Of a DNA stretch of 29,954 bases, positions 27,001 to 29,954 are shown piece after piece. Both the position numbers and the translations under genes were made by a program. Source of the stretch: a virus (Duplodnaviria; Caudoviricetes); IMG/VR virus record IMGVR_UViG_3300021368_002414, positions 1 to 29,954 of that record; one strand, written 5' to 3'. The notes beneath the pieces are model-generated. The model saw only the letters and a list, made by a program, of their open reading frames with translations. It was not told where the DNA came from and searched no databases. The stretch's first letter is position 1; every line of letters starts with the position of its first letter.

Positions 27001-29154
27001 CTCACCAGATAAGAATCTACCAGATAATGTCTTAACAAATAAAAGATTTCCTGTACTATAAACACCTGTTCCAGTACCTTCTACAACTCCATATGCACCA
27101 CTTGTAGAACCAAATACATATTTACCATCATCAAATGAGTTAACACCTGCAGGAGTATTCTCTAAAGTAATCTTAGTAAAGAATTGTGGATCAAAATAAG
27201 AATATCCAAATGTAGCATTGTATGCTGCTGTTCCATCAGATAGTCTTCCTTGAGATAGAACAACGTCAGAATCAGAATTAAAACCAGAACCTCTACTCTT
27301 TAAGAAGAAATTACTTGGTTTAGTTTTACCAATAACAGGAGTAACTGTAGGAGAGTAATCTACAATAAATCCAAATTCATCTGAATTAGTAGTAGCATTA
27401 TCAGAAGACAGGAAGATTTTTCTTTGGTAGCCTGCATCAGCAAGATCATACTCAAGCAAGAACAATTCTAATTCAGCTTTATTACCAAGAATTGTCAATT
27501 CCAAATACTGCACTGACTCAGAAGAATTAACAAGTGGTTTATTTGTTTTAGCAAAAGATAAAGTCTTGAATGATCCGACAGAAGTTGTTCCTCCACTCTC
27601 AGATCTAGTCTTAATAAAATACAAAGTTCCAAACTCACTTTGGAATGTAGAGTCTGTAACAGAACCAATTGGTTTAGCAACACTTGAAATTTGAAGTGTT
27701 ATAGTCTTAATACCATCATCAACTCCAAAACTTAGACCTCTTCTATCAATAGTTTGTCTATGATCAGTTGGCAATTCTGTATTGTTTAGACCAACAGATC
27801 CATCATTAAATGTAGAATATAAAAATACATCAGGATATGCAGTTAGCTCAGATCCTTCCTTGTTCAAAGGAACACTACCATACACATTAGTGATATTGTA
27901 TGTTGGTAAACCTTTACTCTTAAGATTTACATTGTCAGTAGAGAGACTTTCTCTTGCTTTATTAATATCAAGATACTTAGTTTCTTTATTGACAATCTCA
28001 TAACCTTTAATATATGCCTTGCCAGGTCCGATACTAGCAACCATTTTTCTGGAAGCTTCACTGGCATTCTTACCGTTATATAAACCAAACTCGTCTACAG
28101 CATAGATTCCTTTATTGCCATCTTTCTGAGCATACTCTCTGATATCAACAGCAAAATTATCTACAACATAATCTCCACTTTCATCAAATGTTCTACGAGC
28201 TAAAGTTTGTTCTAGAACACTAAAATCTGTAGATTCAATTTTTCTTTGAATAACTCCTCTAGAAACTGTTAGGAGTTGAATAAAATTCTTATCGGTGATT
28301 GCATTTAGAGCAAACTCTTTCAGTTCTAAACTAATCTTCAATCTATGTGCGCCTGGCGCAGTATAGTTTGCAGAACCAATAGAGTTGTCGTATAATGATG
28401 CGTCTGACTCTGGTGTTACAATTTCTTCTTTAATTGTAAAACCTACCTTTGCAGATGGTTTGTCATAGTATTCATCAATAACAAGCAATGATTCATCACA
28501 ACGAACGAAGTAACCATTGACAAAGTAAATACCTTCTTCTACTTTAACAGCAGAACCAAATCCCATTGCAGGACTTTCTAATGAAGTTACATCACCTGTA
28601 TCAGGATTAGTAATTTCAATACTAGTAGGAAGAACACTACCGTCTGTACCTACAACTAATAAAGGAGTATTGACACCATTAACTACTTCTAGAGTCTCAC
28701 CTTGTCTAAAAGTAGACTCAGTATTAGAATTACCACTATTGATGTAACTAACAAACAAAGTATCAGCAGAAGACTCAGTTGCTAACTTCGTTGCTTGAAT
28801 AGTTCCAACAACACCAGATGTAAGACCTTGTAGTTGTTGTCCTACTAATTGACTAATATCATATTTCTTATAAACAATATCGTCTCCCTCTGAAATAGCA
28901 ACCTCAGAGACAGACGATAATTTAACGTAATCTAATTTTGTATTGAGACCTACCTCACCAGGAATTACAAGCTCTCCCTGCTTGAATGCGTATTTTCCAA
29001 AACTCTCAATCTGGTTCTGAAGGAGAGATTGTACTTGCGTTAATTCCCTACTTTGAATAGAGTAGCCAGGACGGAAAAGAATCTTATAGAAATTCTTACT
29101 CGCGTCAAAGTCCTCATAATAAGGATTTACATTTAGGTTTGTCTTCTGAGGCAT
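21058..29154 (-). CDS. VrlC-like / DUF4815-type large virion (baseplate-associated) structural protein (2698 aa)
   Basis: N-terminus MPQKTNLNVNPYYEDFD..FYKILFRPG..QSRELTQ.QS.LQNQIE. Internal APGAHRLKI, LARRTFDESGDY, IDFRP, RRYTMRDIGKLEKRIERLEYYT, RFKSGFFVDNF and PLAQTF. C-terminus PKIQDIRAVA. Directly downstream of gp8, as in T4-like cyanophages. Confidence 0.9.
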   Translation of the reverse strand: MPQKTNLNVNPYYEDFDASKNFYKILFRPGYSIQSRELTQVQSLLQNQIESFGKYAFKQGELVIPGEVGLNTKLDYVKLSSVSEVAISEGDDIVYKKYDISQLVGQQLQGLTSGVVGTIQATKLATESSADTLFVSYINSGNSNTESTFRQGETLEVVNGVNTPLLVVGTDGSVLPTSIEITNPDTGDVTSLESPAMGFGSAVKVEEGIYFVNGYFVRCDESLLVIDEYYDKPSAKVGFTIKEEIVTPESDASLYDNSIGSANYTAPGAHRLKISLELKEFALNAITDKNFIQLLTVSRGVIQRKIESTDFSVLEQTLARRTFDESGDYVVDNFAVDIREYAQKDGNKGIYAVDEFGLYNGKNASEASRKMVASIGPGKAYIKGYEIVNKETKYLDINKARESLSTDNVNLKSKGLPTYNITNVYGSVPLNKEGSELTAYPDVFLYSTFNDGSVGLNNTELPTDHRQTIDRRGLSFGVDDGIKTITLQISSVAKPIGSVTDSTFQSEFGTLYFIKTRSESGGTTSVGSFKTLSFAKTNKPLVNSSESVQYLELTILGNKAELELFLLEYDLADAGYQRKIFLSSDNATTNSDEFGFIVDYSPTVTPVIGKTKPSNFFLKSRGSGFNSDSDVVLSQGRLSDGTAAYNATFGYSYFDPQFFTKITLENTPAGVNSFDDGKYVFGSTSGAYGVVEGTGTGVYSTGNLLFVKTLSGRFLSGETIRDEAGNTVRIAKENTISHFVTNARGLGYADGATLLINGLEFDASKIDVKRTNGGSIYGAVVVNRRAVEVEYAQPPAVTVKNPDGAATPTAAATVVPVLFRNTVTTYTPQNVKSIGCAYGSGNSNTFSADVVVNSQTDAEIKSVTSFTFFGSKGNNFVESTSFSADASILLQQGDLVQFSDDSNNLVRAIVQYATKQEGSSKSRIYLDTALPGDATNTSIVRLRAKVDNTNSGTLLYSTGSKQVSQISAGGEDTKIKYYFRRDFVTTASSGGGTITFAAQLPFGTQRFAAFSESNFVITVLDKGDATNIVKGDIIFVENDAVEISSSTDTGSGLTSGSISLNLPSNYFGTIPSNGTFPKLKLTATLEVSNAKPRLKTVVRNKRIVVASAGDRNVPFRGQDYDTDVVETLSYSDAFKLRYVYEGTSSQPPSADTSGNLISGTDVTNRYTFDSGQRDTLYDVSRIVLKPGFEAAEGQLLIAFDYFEQSQGDFCTIDSYIHEAGVPEDEIPTFNSSVLGNIELKNVIDFRPKVDSNAIIPGFLDKSSLEVTEGSFSGAGAVLASTPAPDLGLEYTFSFSQIQYLDRIDGIFLDKKGQFLVKEGNSSLNPTKPDPIDDAVPLFYAYIPAFTKTSKDVRITPVDNRRYTMRDIGKLEKRIERLEYYTTLSILEQQALNMQVKDEIGLDRFKSGFFVDNFEAHKVGNLQSLDYKCAVDSQQSVLRPQSKEDSVDLTEVNVREDQRAVSGYQKSGDMVTLPYSPLSLLGNDFASKTLNPNPFVVLQYVGDSEVSPSVDHWYDQSEEPLVVDTNTDLFTIFLAKDNVKESFSSLFNSFVVNWVGTSTSFTAINSLGEVNTQQAITSVASASVASTSNISPQNNEVGKGIQTKTVGESLVSTSLQFFARSVPVKYIIRRMKPNTRIYAFLEGRNVQRWVNPDLRFTGIAGNSLSSFNGEITTDEYGNASGIILVPAGSPPLENTTWTGDIDTVSYDTSAEEINITSGVLTFRFTSSSTNAAKETVDSYAEVKYYATGLLPENPASIVSTKPSYFKSNEGVQLIESNTDNPIRPNPLAQTFKVENLDGGCFVTGTDLYFNKKSTNIPVKTYITNVDAEKPGKNIVPGSEKTLSPNTFLKCAASGNMAVYQGESVTGASSSASGPILKIFDKNNVELVATASGKYSLTNEQCYTVVLSNHNGKSFVQNEDLIIPSVTEANAKDATTFVLSIVKDSGKLSKVRVTNPGQNYDSAILTIESPQLPGGSTATASIEVSGGQIYNAEISLPGIGYTEAPSVVVKGVGSGAGGCEIQTFLDIDTPAVRMGVAIDAGEATNSTTPTHFAFDYPVYLQNDTEYALVVETDSTDYELWVSRLGETDIATSTVITTQPGLGSVYRSQNTESWTEDIFEDLKFTLYRAEFDIGRPANLLLKNDNLGYELLESNPLETNASSGSNATSKLFKNNNSVVKVNHRDNGFETSGKSYVFYRTVQETGGVTAATINSNLFKVMNSGIDMYNIESPTQAAANAIGGGELAYASFNRKFETLYPQIHYLTFTGTELDVSVKTTNIIPVDSTTTNYTSYSQTEYERTFLNEPHYFTNQKVVASEINETLNNLSESLTYKMSLSSTSSHLSPIIDLSSATVKTVSNRIENAKGPEDRFGRRDQIIKFFPVYTFDLTGSGGVEIQEDQTIQGATSKTVGTIARVDGSTVYVRIKTSQFFQKGETVSLSNQTSLTSVVIGSNPSQVLFSIDEAATIVARNPNVLTQTYDNKITGRVVLWDSQNQELTLRNDIQPINDNFTDRLIDSTVYNRNADISLQIADIFRVGDFVKYPNQPETENSYLEVGKVTYADGIDFVAENTSKNSSSAAKYVTKEIVINNPATSIDVHLMANVKEIENVEVLFKFKKASSQENFEDIDWVYFNDNGQPDVLEIATSENSISSVVEKQSSYQDLKYSVSNLEEFSSFAIKVVMLGVDPAFVPKIQDIRAVASF

Positions 29155-29161
29155 CGTACTC

Positions 29162-29199
29162 CGCCAAAATACTAAGTATCTAGTCCCTAGTATTTAGCG
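29162..29199 (-). promoter_or_regulatory. RNA hairpin spanning the late promoter and reaching the SD
   Basis: AAATACTA / TAGTATTT perfect 8-bp inverted repeat (29195-29188 / 29174-29167). It can extend by CGCU:GGCG after a 1-nt bulge and by two inner pairs. Confidence 0.5.
29191..29197 (-). promoter_or_regulatory. late promoter CTAAATA upstream of the VrlC-like gene
   Basis: Plus strand tatttag in the 51-nt intergenic gap. GGAG SD at 29162-29159. Confidence 0.7.
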
Positions 29200-29205
29200 C
29201 AGTTT

Positions 29206-29954
29206 CTAGAATTCAATAACTAACTTGATATCTTCAATCTGGTCAGGAGCACGAGTGATTAGTCTTCTGTTCTCAACATAGATGACATCACCAGAATTAT
29301 TTTCAATTTCAGGTGCTGCTAGACCACTTGCGAAAGTGACACCTAATAGTGCGGAACCATAACTTGTGTCTACAGTACCAGAGGCAGTAGATGTTTCACC
29401 AGTAATAGCATTAGAACCATTGGATGCGAAAGGTCTCACAACTCCAGAGTCTGTATGTGCATCTACAGTTTGGATATACTTAAGAACACCAGCAGTTGTA
29501 GAACCACTATCAAGTGTCCATGATACAACTGTACCATATGCAGTACCACCAGCAACAGTCTGTTGAATTTTCTCATCAACAGAGTAATCAGCAGTAGCAC
29601 CTGTAATTTTAATAGCTTTCAAACCAGAAACAGTATCTCTAGTTTCAAATGTTGTAGTTCCCCACTCATATGGATCAGCAATGATACCAATACGACGGAA
29701 GTCGTTATCAACAGGGAAGTCACCGCCACCTTCAGAATAAGTTAAGCGAATGTTTGTCATTACACGCTTACCATTCAATTCTGTTTCGTGATCAGAACCG
29801 TGGCCACCTTCAGGAGGAAGGATAACTTCTAGAGCACCAACAGCAGCACCAGGTGTTGCAACTGCACTGGATAGACCAGAGTTGGAGAATAGGTTGCCGT
29901 TAGTTAGAAGAACGTTGGCATAGGTATAACCTGATCCACGAGATTGAATCTCAG
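29206..29954 (-). CDS. gp8: baseplate wedge subunit gp8, 3' part (5' end outside the window)
   Basis: By hand translation the frame is open to the window edge (..EIQSRGSGYTYANV..VILPPEGGHGSDHETELNGKRVM..). FRRIGII.DP and C-terminal YVENRRLITRAPDQIEDIKLVIEF match T4-like gp8. The ORF-track start at 29778 is an internal TTG. Confidence 0.9.
   Translation of the reverse strand, partial: EIQSRGSGYTYANVLLTNGNLFSNSGLSSAVATPGAAVGALEVILPPEGGHGSDHETELNGKRVMTNIRLTYSEGGGDFPVDNDFRRIGIIADPYEWGTTTFETRDTVSGLKAIKITGATADYSVDEKIQQTVAGGTAYGTVVSWTLDSGSTTAGVLKYIQTVDAHTDSGVVRPFASNGSNAITGETSTASGTVDTSYGSALLGVTFASGLAAPEIENNSGDVIYVENRRLITRAPDQIEDIKLVIEF

Noticed and set aside
5202-27683. Alternative-frame minus-strand ORFs (e.g. 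5202..5555, 6543..7034, 10902..11207, 14670..14978)
   Set aside because: They are nested in larger genes and are Val/Leu-rich shadow frames caused by codon bias. I saw no convincing slippery site or independent start signal.
6328-29154. Inteins, introns, homing endonucleases or diversity-generating retroelement repeats in the giant ORFs
   Set aside because: By eye I found no intein termini with LAGLIDADG blocks, no frame interruptions, no reverse transcriptase and no near-identical template/variable DNA repeat pair.
1310-29745. Many plus-strand ORFs of 60-160 aa (e.g. 1310..1624, 7271..7717, 15851..16213, 19738..20220)
   Set aside because: All lie antisense to long genuine genes. Many are Pro/Val/Ser/Leu-rich mirror translations of Gly/Thr/Asn codons, and none has recognisable motifs.

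Overview
The window is part of a T4-like marine cyanomyovirus genome (Kyanoviridae-type, judged from recognisable protein families; the exact phage cannot be named). All real genes are on the minus strand, so transcription runs right to left. In that order: the 3' part of baseplate wedge gp8; a 2698-aa VrlC/DUF4815-like virion protein; a 68-aa conserved protein; a 1414-aa virion/fibre protein with a cupredoxin-like His...CxxHxxM motif; a 166-aa structural protein; a 3240-aa fibre/tailspike-like protein; a 65-aa protein; a 350-aa glycine-rich adhesin-like protein and its 'MAHFA' partner; then a tightly coupled run of seven diverse 2OG-Fe(II) oxygenase-family genes, one probable degenerate member, and a gene truncated by the window edge. 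T4-type late promoter boxes ([C/A]TAAATA) precede several genes, and two sit inside hairpins that mask the downstream Shine-Dalgarno (SD) sequence. The most striking observation, made by eye only, is that the 3240-aa fibre has two helical domains resembling phycobiliprotein beta subunits. Both keep Cys at positions equivalent to the beta-84 (CxRD) and beta-155 bilin sites, which raises the possibility of a bilin-binding or phycobiliprotein-mimicking virion fibre. No database searches or structure predictions were run.
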